64,000 bases of DNA, from IMG/VR virus record IMGVR_UViG_3300021127_000003, one strand, 5' to 3'. Shown one piece after another: positions 51,701 through 60,566 of the stretch (its first letter is position 1; each line of letters opens with the position of its first letter). The notes beneath the pieces were generated by a model, which had not been told where the DNA came from, did no database searches, and saw nothing but the letters and a program-made list of their open reading frames with translations. This stretch comes from an uncultured virus (IMG/VR IMGVR_UViG_3300021127_000003) (lineage: Duplodnaviria; Heunggongvirae; Uroviricota; Caudoviricetes). Made by a program: the position numbers and the translations under genes.

Positions 51701-54700
51701 TTCAGATTCTTCCATTGTGAATGATCCTTTTGGTGATTCCGTAAGTAATCTTCATACAACTTTGAATTATAATAGTAGTAATGATTCATACTTATGGCAA
51801 ATAGTTGGTGCTGGTCAATACTTTGAAAAAAATAAAAATTTGCTTACAAAAGAAATTACTAATTATTTGACAGGATTTGTAAGTACGTTTTACTATAAAA
51901 ATGTAAAATATATAAACTTATATCTTGATACAATAAAAAATTCTATAAATTCTAACTTCCTTAATTCTAATGCCGCATCATCTTTACTAAAACAAATTCA
52001 GAAAGAAAATACTATTGATGAATTAAAATCTAAAACATATTATAATGTAAAAAATCTTTTTGACAAATATATAGCATTCAATAATAAATCAAATAAAATA
52101 TTAGAAGTCCCATATGATTCTATTAATGTTTTAGATGAATTGGGTAAAATTAATAATGGTTTATTTTATAATTACTTGTTCAAAGATATATCCGTTTGTG
52201 ATACAACAATTAATTCTTATACAGGTGAAAATAGTGTTTTTGATAAAGATCAATCTAAACATTTAATAGAATATATTAATATAGTTGACCGATCTAATAA
52301 CGATATTGGTAGTGAAATATTAATTGATTTGATAGCTTTGTCTGATAGTTTACAACTTAAATTTTCGACAACAAACAATTCAGATAACGATGTAATAAAT
52401 TCAGAGATAACAAATAAAGCTGTATTCGGTTTATTCAGTGATATTGCACAACACAATGATTTTATTTTACATCCAGTGAATACATATGTTGATTATTTAT
52501 CACCAATTACAAACGTTAACAATGAACTTGATAAATATGCAAATAATATTTTTGGAACACATTTAGATATAGATAGAATAGATTCAAACCCTTCATTTAT
52601 TTTACAATGGATCAATCATACATCAAGCGTTGATAGTAAAAAATTAACGAGCAACTCTAAACCATCATATTCAGGTTCATTTCCATTGGATTTACAACCA
52701 ATCAAACCTTATTTCAATGATAATAAAAATTTAGTACCTGATGATGTTAAAACAGGTAAAATAACATCATTTATTGTTGATTTTGGTAACAAAAACCAGA
52801 ATATGTTCAGTAAAGTTAGATTAGATACGAGTGAATTTAGTAATACCGAAGAATCAATAAAAGCTGCAATTAATTTGACCAATAATGGTTCTGAAACATC
52901 ACAAAAAGTTGCTTCTGGTAATTTATTTTCCTTGATGGAGACACGTTCATATACTTGTCAAGTAGAATCAATGGGTAATGTTATGATACAACCTCTCACA
53001 TATTTTTATCTTAAAAATGTACCTTTATTTTATGGTAGTTATTGGATAACTAACGTTGAGCACAATATTACGGCGAATAATATGACAACCACATTTAAGG
53101 GTGTAAGACAACCATTTAATAAGAAAACAACAAATAAAAGTGATATTCTGAATAGTTTACAATTAACTTTGACAGGTTTAACTAAAACTTTGGCACAAAA
53201 CACATCAAACAATACTACTACTGGGCAAATATATAATGATAGAAACAATGTTGGTTCTGGATTTGGTACATTCTATCAAAAATCGAATGCTAACAGAACG
53301 TATGTGTCTTTTGATGGTATGCAAATACTTTATTCTTGGCTTGTATCTCATTTTTCATTAACAAATGAGATTTATAAGATTGTTTTAATTATGGTTTATA
53401 ATAGAGCAAAATATTTTGCTAATGGTGCAACTGCTAATCCAGATCCTTCTGTGATAAGGATATATATGGTTGATATAGTATTACAGTTGAAAGCTAATTG
53501 GGAAGGACAAGAAACAACATATTTTTTCAACCCAGCAACTGACTCATTACAAGACCTTTTAAATGCTCATAAAGATGATTTATCAACAAATGAAATAGGT
53601 AAAACAATTACAGCCTTGGGTTTAGCTAAGACTAATGACGATGTTTTGAAATTGTTAACGCCAAGTAATAAATTAAAACAGCAAAAATTATTGGTTTCAG
53701 ATGCCGCATCAACATATGGTTCAGATTTATTTGACCCAAACAAAAAAACAACCCCTAAAATCAATTTTATAAATGATTACACCGATGCTATAGATTATAG
53801 TAAGAGTAATATATGGCAAGCATATTATATGTTGTACTATAAAAACGTATCACAAACTGCAAGTGATACGAATAATATTTATACGATAACGGTTAATAAT
53901 GAAAATTCTGAAGAATATGTTTTTCTAAATGTTAGCTCAAACAATGATTTAAAATTTGATACACTTGCTGGGGCAAATTATAGATATTTAGGTTGTTATG
54001 ACCAAAAAAATGGAATTGTGTTTTATGGTATAAATAATAACGAAAATAATATTAGTTATGGAAAAACTATTGCACCGAACATGAAAGAACTTCCACCATT
54101 TGCAGGTGTACCACAAGATACCAATGTTTCTGATGATAAAAACTCAGCTATATTGGCATATAATTTTTATATCCAAAATGGATTTAGTAAAGAAGCGGCG
54201 GCATCATTAGTTGGAAACTTTAAAGTGGAATCTAATTTCAATCCGAAAATTGTAACAAAATATAATAAAAAGTTAAGTTATAATGACCCAAAACAAACTT
54301 ATGCTGCTGGTATAGTTCAATGGGTAGGTGCTGACGGTAGAAGATCTAAAGTACTTATCTATGCAAAAAGTAAAGGTATTGAAATACCTAACTTTGAACA
54401 AGCCGCTGGTACATATTCTAATTGGAATCCAAATAAAGATAAATTTTGGCTTGATTTATTAAGTAGATGTGGTGTTAGTAAATTAGTAGAAATACCTAAA
54501 ACAGAAAATACTCAAAACCTTATTACAGCCGCATTTTCTAATATGACATTGCAGGTACAATTAGAATATACCCTTCTCGAATTACCATCATATAAAAATT
54601 TTAATACTTTTAAAACAAGTACTGATATTAATTATACAAATGATTGGGTTTTCAGAATATATGAAGGGTCACCGCAATCAGGTTGGGCAGATAAAGCAAA

Positions 54701-54743
54701 ATATGCGGCAAACATATTAAATACTAATACTAATATAGCCTAA
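48768..54743 (+). CDS. Giant baseplate hub protein (1991 aa) with C-terminal phage tail lysozyme domain
   Basis: Hub-like YTCQVESMGNVMIQP..YFYL..VPLFYGSYWITNVEHNI....MTT.F.G.R; lysozyme-like GFSKEAAASLVGNFKVESNFNP...GIVQW...R...QLEY. Confidence 0.75.
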   Translation: MDIKNITNEYLTNPSVIDNYTKNQFSDYTDYQKGLFSTYLEYGITSRITKNTDRISYYATPLNNICFAESFSIGTNSDITGNFKEAAHYIISSLQTESNKFLFSKDNIVALFKSNVGITELPMPLILYLGALYHFHSDNYNNRLFGKNTYTLNIDLDKVLKVNLNLNSNTSPIYGGYDQKNNIVEFASIPIINDKFVTGINNTFIPKFGYGTFSNFMKDYYNFMIDKNGVNNQIGATEGYFSDTKYDTNTLFHHYGAENGFVKSFKSYNDGINFMGHYSIIKDSLGSSTLTTSNNIINYFKQVKNITFDKNDQFMYKFYMCICRMKYSYLRGGLEKADILSILTQMNTLMLDMSISFVGNIPLIKLLKFTAKNNALSKTQDISPISYFIYKILFGRFFGEESVSKFGTSITNTLESVVYDDLTNDFGAIIGNGLFNNALLDSISVVTDFLLKFWDSEKTYKDTNEFDSNNVSGQLVVLLYPSAGGFFYPNKLLTQNKKENNTKIITNNKYELIKGYNGEEAAYNSSDRQKNINEYLPINYKPKTYVIQKYAFESGNLAKKYINLDVNNSDIYDADNLYLFNKSGNIDSIIFDNRSVMMNTSRFLWYDTGMGGLQLGTKDTYIGNGENRDNLTSELSISEIGQNLTTNIYKSVDGYSNLNTSNDPLRLRLYDLYDAIDIQKFKTFESIFLDFASSYKVYQPNSTQDYFKKYDGNYNFETLMKGIMTLDENDIQGYKTDQFELTQEDAQMLLVGYSSYNYYFCDYFYISAKINAVLTNAQYIRNKKVLEEFSAQKLPINNYSTVGSVAVPGQEDSLYTNYQNFIFRPDVIFKVSPSELTVSDSYAGEIYGIKPLSILTDDNSNPDAGQVKYYTRKLVFGDYIIDPANNADTSIETTNLVKKYFYDDAFKYYSDSVAAKAKKLYYGENNNYNFGVYYYNFLINEFFNYLNVKFDEDNLVLMFNLITDYLKSIVNVWIFSDSSDSSIVNDPFGDSVSNLHTTLNYNSSNDSYLWQIVGAGQYFEKNKNLLTKEITNYLTGFVSTFYYKNVKYINLYLDTIKNSINSNFLNSNAASSLLKQIQKENTIDELKSKTYYNVKNLFDKYIAFNNKSNKILEVPYDSINVLDELGKINNGLFYNYLFKDISVCDTTINSYTGENSVFDKDQSKHLIEYINIVDRSNNDIGSEILIDLIALSDSLQLKFSTTNNSDNDVINSEITNKAVFGLFSDIAQHNDFILHPVNTYVDYLSPITNVNNELDKYANNIFGTHLDIDRIDSNPSFILQWINHTSSVDSKKLTSNSKPSYSGSFPLDLQPIKPYFNDNKNLVPDDVKTGKITSFIVDFGNKNQNMFSKVRLDTSEFSNTEESIKAAINLTNNGSETSQKVASGNLFSLMETRSYTCQVESMGNVMIQPLTYFYLKNVPLFYGSYWITNVEHNITANNMTTTFKGVRQPFNKKTTNKSDILNSLQLTLTGLTKTLAQNTSNNTTTGQIYNDRNNVGSGFGTFYQKSNANRTYVSFDGMQILYSWLVSHFSLTNEIYKIVLIMVYNRAKYFANGATANPDPSVIRIYMVDIVLQLKANWEGQETTYFFNPATDSLQDLLNAHKDDLSTNEIGKTITALGLAKTNDDVLKLLTPSNKLKQQKLLVSDAASTYGSDLFDPNKKTTPKINFINDYTDAIDYSKSNIWQAYYMLYYKNVSQTASDTNNIYTITVNNENSEEYVFLNVSSNNDLKFDTLAGANYRYLGCYDQKNGIVFYGINNNENNISYGKTIAPNMKELPPFAGVPQDTNVSDDKNSAILAYNFYIQNGFSKEAAASLVGNFKVESNFNPKIVTKYNKKLSYNDPKQTYAAGIVQWVGADGRRSKVLIYAKSKGIEIPNFEQAAGTYSNWNPNKDKFWLDLLSRCGVSKLVEIPKTENTQNLITAAFSNMTLQVQLEYTLLELPSYKNFNTFKTSTDINYTNDWVFRIYEGSPQSGWADKAKYAANILNTNTNIA

Positions 54744-54784
54744 CTTTAGTTAAATTATAACTATTTATAGTAAATAATACTGTT

Positions 54785-55012
54785 ATGAACAATTTTGATA
54801 ACAAATTAAATAATTTCATAAATCAAACTCCAGCAAATAATCAAGTTGGTGAAGAGGTTTGTGATGCAGTTACTGGTAAATGTTATATCAGAACACAGGA
54901 CGGACTTATAGAAAGAACCGTTATTGAAAAAAAATTAGTGGTAGAAGATGGTAGAGAACTTCTTAGAGAAGATATGCCTATAAGCCACACAAGAAGAACA
55001 TATATTAGATAA
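54785..55012 (+). CDS. Small hypothetical protein
   Basis: 75 aa with EVCD..TG.C and DGLIER; TATTTATA at 54762-54769. Confidence 0.75.
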   Translation: MNNFDNKLNNFINQTPANNQVGEEVCDAVTGKCYIRTQDGLIERTVIEKKLVVEDGRELLREDMPISHTRRTYIR

Positions 55013-55020
55013 TTTATAAT

Positions 55021-55764
55021 ATGAGAAAGAATATTTCGGAAAAGTTACTTGAAAATGAGGTTAAGAGATATAAGCAAATTCTTGGTTATAATGATAATCT
55101 TTTGAAGGAAACTGTTTATAAGTTTTATGAAGCTGATGAGGAACAACCAGCTGAACCAGCTACTGATCCTAATGCAGCTGGTGACACAACTGCAATGGCA
55201 CCAGATGCTTCAGCAGACCCTAATGCTGGTATGACAGATCCAAATGCAACACCTATGCCAGATGCTGGTACAGCTGATCCTAATGCCGCAGCTCCAGTAG
55301 CTCCAGATATGACTGCTCAACCAGAGATGGGTGGCGAACCTGACGTTGAAATCGATGTTACTGATATTGTAAATGATACAAAAGAACTTGTAAAACAAAC
55401 TCACAGAAGTTTGAATAGATTACAAATGGTATTTGACAAGATTAACGACATTGATGGTAAATTAAACAAAATGGATGGAATTATTCAGAAAATGAATGAT
55501 CTTGAAAAGCAAGTTGAATTAATGCGCCCACCAACAGAAGATGAAAGAAGAAAAGCAATGGCTGCAAAGTCATATCCTTATAATTTAACAGATGATGATT
55601 ATTTGGAAGGTAATGGTTATAAGAACCAAACCGAACTTGAAGGTAAGCCAGATAAAATGTCCATGATGGACGCATTAATGTCAAATTATGATAGAAACGA
55701 TGTTAAAAAGAGTTTCTATATTGATAATGATGATGAAGATGCAAGAGAAGCAAAAACTTTTTAA
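55021..55764 (+). CDS. Acidic scaffold-like (prohead core-type) protein
   Basis: LLENEVKRYKQILGY N-terminus, four DPNA repeats in a P/A/D-rich linker, coiled coil; function inferred. Confidence 0.5.
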   Translation: MRKNISEKLLENEVKRYKQILGYNDNLLKETVYKFYEADEEQPAEPATDPNAAGDTTAMAPDASADPNAGMTDPNATPMPDAGTADPNAAAPVAPDMTAQPEMGGEPDVEIDVTDIVNDTKELVKQTHRSLNRLQMVFDKINDIDGKLNKMDGIIQKMNDLEKQVELMRPPTEDERRKAMAAKSYPYNLTDDDYLEGNGYKNQTELEGKPDKMSMMDALMSNYDRNDVKKSFYIDNDDEDAREAKTF

Positions 55765-55766
55765 TA

Positions 55767-56156
55767 ATGATACAAAATTTTATGCAACGTTTGACTTTGG
55801 GTCAAACTTTAACAGACAGTAATACAGATTCAACAAATAGTTTCCTACAAGGAAATACACCCCAAAATACACCATATCAAGGTTCCTCAACAACACCAAA
55901 ATGGAATATTGGTTTAATTGGTTTTATCGGTTGCGGTACTGGTAGTGACATTATCAATGTTACAGTTGACGGTGTTACTTTTGATCTTGCTTGCGGTAAT
56001 ATGATTTCAATGCCATTTAGTTCAATAACATTAAATCACTATACATTATTAGGTGCTGGTGGTTCATATGTTACTCAAGATAGTACGAGCGGTTCTGTAT
56101 CACAAAATCCAGGTGTTTTAGTATTCGGAAAGGCTTACCAGACACAAATGTTCTAA
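55767..56156 (+). CDS. Hypothetical protein
   Basis: 129-aa S/T/G-rich ORF. Confidence 0.7.
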   Translation: MIQNFMQRLTLGQTLTDSNTDSTNSFLQGNTPQNTPYQGSSTTPKWNIGLIGFIGCGTGSDIINVTVDGVTFDLACGNMISMPFSSITLNHYTLLGAGGSYVTQDSTSGSVSQNPGVLVFGKAYQTQMF

Positions 56157-56173
56157 TAAATTTTTTAAAAAAC

Positions 56174-56204
56174 TTGACTTTTGTTTTGATAATGCTTACT
56201 ATTG
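56174..56204 (+). promoter_or_regulatory. Early promoter for the SSB-recombination operon
   Basis: TTG-N20-TACTATTG (Bacteroidota-type), also readable as TTGACT-N17-TACTAT. Confidence 0.7.
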
Positions 56205-56224
56205 TAGTATAAAATTAAAACATT

Positions 56225-57136
56225 ATGTTAGACTACAAAAATTTAGACTGGGGCAAAGCCACCGAAGACGTAACAACAGATTATGCAAAAGCAAAGGACA
56301 ATTCAAACTTTTCACAAAGTAAAAAAGTTGATTTAACACAGTACCTTTCATTAAGTTTACCAGAAGGTGTAAACGAAGGAGAAGTGATTGTTAGGATTCT
56401 ACCTAACCAAGATGATCCGTACAAATTCTACGAAAAGAAAAGATTCAACAACATTAAAGTTGGGAAAAATTATGTAAAACTCTATGATCCTGCTCAGGAT
56501 GGAGAAGAATCACCACTTAACGATGCCTATCAGTTCTTGAGAGGCGGTGACAAAATCGACCAAGAAAATGCAAAAAAATATAGAGCTTCTGATTATTACA
56601 TCGTTAGATGTATCTTAAGAGGAAAAGAAGCTGAGGGTGTTAAATTCTGGAGATTTGCACACGTTAGTAACGGTACAGGTGTAATGGACAAATTACAAGC
56701 AATCATCAAAAGACAAGAAGCAAAAGGTCGTGGCGCTGGCGCTATATGGAACCCTATTGCTGGTCGTGATATCTATATCAGTCTTGTAAAAGACACATCT
56801 AAAGGTAAAGGAAAAGAATTTACCAAAATCGCTTCAATCATGGTTGAAGAAACATCACCACTTTCTACAGATGAAAACCAAATGAATACTTGGTTGAATG
56901 ATTCTAAAACATGGAAAGATGTTTATTCTAAGAAATCTGTTGAATATTTGAGAATTGTTGCACAAGGTTCAGTACCTGTATGGAGTTCAGAACTTAAAAA
57001 GTTTGTTGCGCAATCAGATGATGAAAGCCTTCCAACACCAACACAAACTACTAACTACCCAACATCCGCACCTACTGCGAATAACAACGTTGATGTTGAA
57101 GACGAGGTAATGAATATTGACGATTTACCTTTCTAA
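56225..57136 (+). CDS. Single-stranded DNA-binding protein (T4 gp32-like)
   Basis: VRILP, GVKFWRF, P..GRDI; acidic tail ending DDLPF; upstream of recombinase. Confidence 0.8.
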   Translation: MLDYKNLDWGKATEDVTTDYAKAKDNSNFSQSKKVDLTQYLSLSLPEGVNEGEVIVRILPNQDDPYKFYEKKRFNNIKVGKNYVKLYDPAQDGEESPLNDAYQFLRGGDKIDQENAKKYRASDYYIVRCILRGKEAEGVKFWRFAHVSNGTGVMDKLQAIIKRQEAKGRGAGAIWNPIAGRDIYISLVKDTSKGKGKEFTKIASIMVEETSPLSTDENQMNTWLNDSKTWKDVYSKKSVEYLRIVAQGSVPVWSSELKKFVAQSDDESLPTPTQTTNYPTSAPTANNNVDVEDEVMNIDDLPF

Positions 57137-57153
57137 GTAAATAATAACATACC

Positions 57154-57182
57154 AAAACCCCCAAGCAATTTGGGGGTTTTTT
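57154..57182 (+). terminator. Intrinsic terminator
   Basis: AAAACCCCCAA-GCAAT-TTGGGGGTTTT hairpin followed by more Ts. Confidence 0.85.
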
Positions 57183-57210
57183 AAACTAATACAAATTATA
57201 AAAAATTGTT

Positions 57211-58272
57211 ATGGCTAAAGGCATTAAAAAAACTGAATACTCACTTGATGATTTAAAGAAAGAACTTGGTGTGAGTACAACTAAATATAAACCAGATTTA
57301 TTTCTTGAATGTGGTGAAGCATTCTTAGAAGCAACAGGTCTCCCAGGCCCTGCAATGGGACACATTAACATGTTTATAGGGCATTCAAATGCTGGTAAGA
57401 CAAGTGCACTTATTGCTTCAGCGGTGGATGCGCAAAAGAAAGGTATCATGCCTGTGTTTCTTATAACTGAAAAGAAATGGTCATGGGAACATGCTAAATT
57501 GATGGGTTTCCAGGTTGATTGGGATGAAGAAAAACAAGATTGGATTGGTGACTTTCTTTATTTCGATGAACTTGATTGGATAGAATTAGTTACTGAAAAA
57601 ATTAATAAAGTTCTTGATGCACAAGAATCAGGTAAATTAAAAAGAGATGTTTGTTTCTTTTGGGATTCTGTCGGTTCAGTACCATGTAAAATGACTTATG
57701 AAGGTAAAGGTGGTAAACAACATACCGCTGGTGTTCTTGCTGAGAAAATCAATATGGGTATAAACCAAAGAATCAATAAAACAAGAAAAGAAAATTCACC
57801 TTATCTTGCTGGGTTAGTTGTATGTAATTTACCTTGGGTACAAATTCCATTGGTTTATGGTGCACAACCTAAGATGAAACCAAAAGGTGGTGAAGCATTA
57901 TACCAATCATCTACACTTGTTTTCCGCTTTGGTAATGAAGCTGAATCTGGTATTTCAAAGATTGATGCAACTAAAAACGGTAGAACTATTAACATAGCTG
58001 TTAGAAGTAAAATCACTGTAGATAAAAATCACATCACTGGTCTTGGATATAAAGATTCAAACATTATAATTACACCACAAGGTTTCCTAAAAAGTGACAG
58101 ACGTGGTAGTAAAGAAAATAATGAGGGTAAAGAAGCAATCGCAAAATATAAATTAGAACATATGAATTATATCGCATCTCAATTTGCAAAAATGGGTGAG
58201 GTAATTGATAATGTTGATGATTTAGAAATTATTGAAACAGAAGATAGAGGAACAATTGATTATGAAGATTAA
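57211..58272 (+). CDS. RecA/UvsX-like recombinase
   Basis: GHSNAGKT Walker A, FLITE, FFWDSVGS Walker B, KPKGGEA, KNH. Confidence 0.88.
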   Translation: MAKGIKKTEYSLDDLKKELGVSTTKYKPDLFLECGEAFLEATGLPGPAMGHINMFIGHSNAGKTSALIASAVDAQKKGIMPVFLITEKKWSWEHAKLMGFQVDWDEEKQDWIGDFLYFDELDWIELVTEKINKVLDAQESGKLKRDVCFFWDSVGSVPCKMTYEGKGGKQHTAGVLAEKINMGINQRINKTRKENSPYLAGLVVCNLPWVQIPLVYGAQPKMKPKGGEALYQSSTLVFRFGNEAESGISKIDATKNGRTINIAVRSKITVDKNHITGLGYKDSNIIITPQGFLKSDRRGSKENNEGKEAIAKYKLEHMNYIASQFAKMGEVIDNVDDLEIIETEDRGTIDYED

Positions 58273-59287
58273 GAAACCTAAGGTTAACAGTTTGTTGATT
58301 GATGGTGAGAATTTGCTAAAGATTGGATTTCATGGCACCAAAAATACCCAAACAGAAAATGGTAGTGTTGGTGCCATTTTTCATTTTATAAACACCATAA
58401 AAAGATTTTATTCCGAATATGGGATAACAAAGGTTGTGGTGTTTTGGGAAGGTGAAAACTCAAAAAAATATCGTCAAGGATATTATCCATATTACAAACA
58501 AAATCGAAACTCACAATATACTGAAGAACAAATTTATGATCTTGGTAGACAACGTATTCGAATTAAACAATACCTTGAGGAGTTATATATTCGCCAAGTT
58601 GAAGTTGCTGAATGTGAAGCTGATGACGGTATTGCTTATTACTGTAAAAATTCACCAAACGAAATCAAATTAATATTGAGTTCGGATAAAGATTTATTAC
58701 AATTAATATCTGAAGATGTTAAAATATATCTTTTGAATAAAAAGGTTGTGATAACAGATAAAAATTTTCATACTTATTTTGATTATCATCAAGGTAATGT
58801 TGGATTAATAAAAATGATTGCTGGTGATAGCAGTGATAATATTTCTGGTTTACAAAACATTGGTGAAGAAAAAACGTTGAAATTATTTCCAGAATTGAGA
58901 AAAGAAAAAAAAGATTCTGATTGGATAATTGAACGTACAAATGAATTGTTAAGTGAAAAACCTGACAATAATATGTTGAAAACAATTGTTGAAGGTAAAA
59001 CAAAATGGGGTACATATGGTAACGATTACTTTGCTGTAATGAACAAGATTATTAATCTTGAATCGCCGAATGTAACTGAAGAGTTAATGGAAACAATAAG
59101 TGTTATGGTTAATGAGCCAATGGATCCAGAAGGTAGAGGTGGGATTAATTCAGTAATGAAAATGATAAAAGAAGATGGAATTATAAATTATATTCCAAGT
59201 TATGACGATGAATATTTTGTTTTTTGGAGTACGTTCATAACTATAATCAAAAAAGAACAAAATTATTTTAAAACTAAAAAAATCTAA
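58262..59287 (+). CDS. 5'-3' exonuclease/flap endonuclease (T4 RNase H / Pol I N-terminal type)
   Basis: LLIDG, YKQNR, EADDGIA, SSDKDLLQL, GDSSDNISG...IGEEK; start placed at ATG 58262. Confidence 0.92.
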   Translation: MKIKKPKVNSLLIDGENLLKIGFHGTKNTQTENGSVGAIFHFINTIKRFYSEYGITKVVVFWEGENSKKYRQGYYPYYKQNRNSQYTEEQIYDLGRQRIRIKQYLEELYIRQVEVAECEADDGIAYYCKNSPNEIKLILSSDKDLLQLISEDVKIYLLNKKVVITDKNFHTYFDYHQGNVGLIKMIAGDSSDNISGLQNIGEEKTLKLFPELRKEKKDSDWIIERTNELLSEKPDNNMLKTIVEGKTKWGTYGNDYFAVMNKIINLESPNVTEELMETISVMVNEPMDPEGRGGINSVMKMIKEDGIINYIPSYDDEYFVFWSTFITIIKKEQNYFKTKKI

Positions 59288-59334
59288 CTTTTAATCTTTT
59301 ACTGGTCATCTTATATTTATAATAAATTATAAAT

Positions 59335-60039
59335 ATGAAACAAAAAATATATCTTTATATTAAAACAAGTCCAAAAGGTTTAAAATATTTGGGAAAAACC
59401 ATAAAAGACCCCTTCAAATATATAGGTAGTGGTTTAGTTTGGCTAAATCATATAAAAAAACACAAAATAAAAACAAAAGATATTATAACTGAAATTTTAT
59501 TTGTGGGTTATAATAATGATGAGATAAAAGAGAAAGGTACTTATTACAGTCAATTATATAATATTGTTGAATCAGAAGAGTGGGCAAACCTAAAAATTGA
59601 AAATGGTGATGGTGGTTGGAGTGGATGGCATAATGAAGATACAAAAAAAAAGATGTCTGAGGCAAGAAAAGGTAAGATTGTTTCTGACGATATTAAAAAA
59701 AGAATGTCTGATGGTCAGTTAGGTAAAAAACACTCTGAAGATACGAAAAAAAAGATGTCTGAATCTAAAAAAAAGATGTCGGATGAAACTAAAGAAAAAA
59801 TTAGATTTTCCGCTTTGAACAGAAGTGAAGAATATAAAAAAAAGATGTCAGATATTAAAAAAGGTACTATCATAACTGAAGATGTTAAATTAAAAATTTC
59901 TCAAAGTAATATTGGAAAAAAAAGGAGTGAAGGTACTAAAAGAAAAATGTCTGAATCTAAAAAAAATATGTCTGAAGAGACTAAGAAAAAAATGTCTTTG
60001 AAAGCTAAAGAAAGATGGGCAAAAAATAAAAACAAATAA
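59335..60039 (+). CDS. Free-standing GIY-YIG homing endonuclease with multiple NUMOD3 repeats
   Basis: YLYIK...KYLGKT...YIGSG..W...NL..E.GDGG, then repeated (H)SEDTKKKMSE motifs. Confidence 0.88.
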   Translation: MKQKIYLYIKTSPKGLKYLGKTIKDPFKYIGSGLVWLNHIKKHKIKTKDIITEILFVGYNNDEIKEKGTYYSQLYNIVESEEWANLKIENGDGGWSGWHNEDTKKKMSEARKGKIVSDDIKKRMSDGQLGKKHSEDTKKKMSESKKKMSDETKEKIRFSALNRSEEYKKKMSDIKKGTIITEDVKLKISQSNIGKKRSEGTKRKMSESKKNMSEETKKKMSLKAKERWAKNKNK

Positions 60040-60040
60040 T

Positions 60041-60071
60041 TTTGTTTTTTGGTCAACTTTTATTACTATTA
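60041..60071 (+). promoter_or_regulatory. Bacteroidota-type early promoter
   Basis: TTTG-N19-TACTATTA upstream of 60117 and the helicase. Confidence 0.55.
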
Positions 60072-60116
60072 TAAAGAAGGAACAAAATTACTTCAAAACT
60101 AAAAAAATATAAGATT

Positions 60117-60563
60117 ATGGAAGAAAGAAAAGAGCGTAATTTTGAGTTTACGTTGAAACTCAACGAACATATTATTGTTCAAAGATTGTTTAATGTTTTC
60201 GGTTTTAATAATAAAGCTGTGAACAGTTTAGATTTTAAATATGTTATTGACGATAACATAAGACTAATTCAGGAATCCCTTAAAAATAAGACTCTTGATT
60301 TTATGAATGAAAACAGAAACAATTACACTAACAACCCATCATTTGAACAAAATGAACATAGTGATATGTTTGTTTTTACAATAAAAATGAATGGTAAAGA
60401 AATTGCTCACCGTGAATTTGATGCACGAATATATCCAGCTACTGTAAGATATAGTGTAGACATCAGAGAGCATATCTATAAAATAATCACAAGTGTACAA
60501 CGAGTGTTATGTTCTAAAACAGAAAATCTTGAATTGAATTATTTAGAATATAAACTTGGTTAA
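60117..60563 (+). CDS. Hypothetical phage protein
   Basis: 148-aa ORF directly upstream of the helicase. Confidence 0.75.
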   Translation: MEERKERNFEFTLKLNEHIIVQRLFNVFGFNNKAVNSLDFKYVIDDNIRLIQESLKNKTLDFMNENRNNYTNNPSFEQNEHSDMFVFTIKMNGKEIAHREFDARIYPATVRYSVDIREHIYKIITSVQRVLCSKTENLELNYLEYKLG

Positions 60564-60566
60564 TTT

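Noticed and set aside
55140..55330. Quasi-repeated GATCCTAATGC units
   Set aside because: They encode DPNA repeats in a disordered protein linker
59630..60000. Repeated AAAAAAATGTCTGA-like units resembling a CRISPR or repeat array
   Set aside because: They encode NUMOD3 KKKMSE repeats of the homing endonuclease; no constant repeat-spacer period
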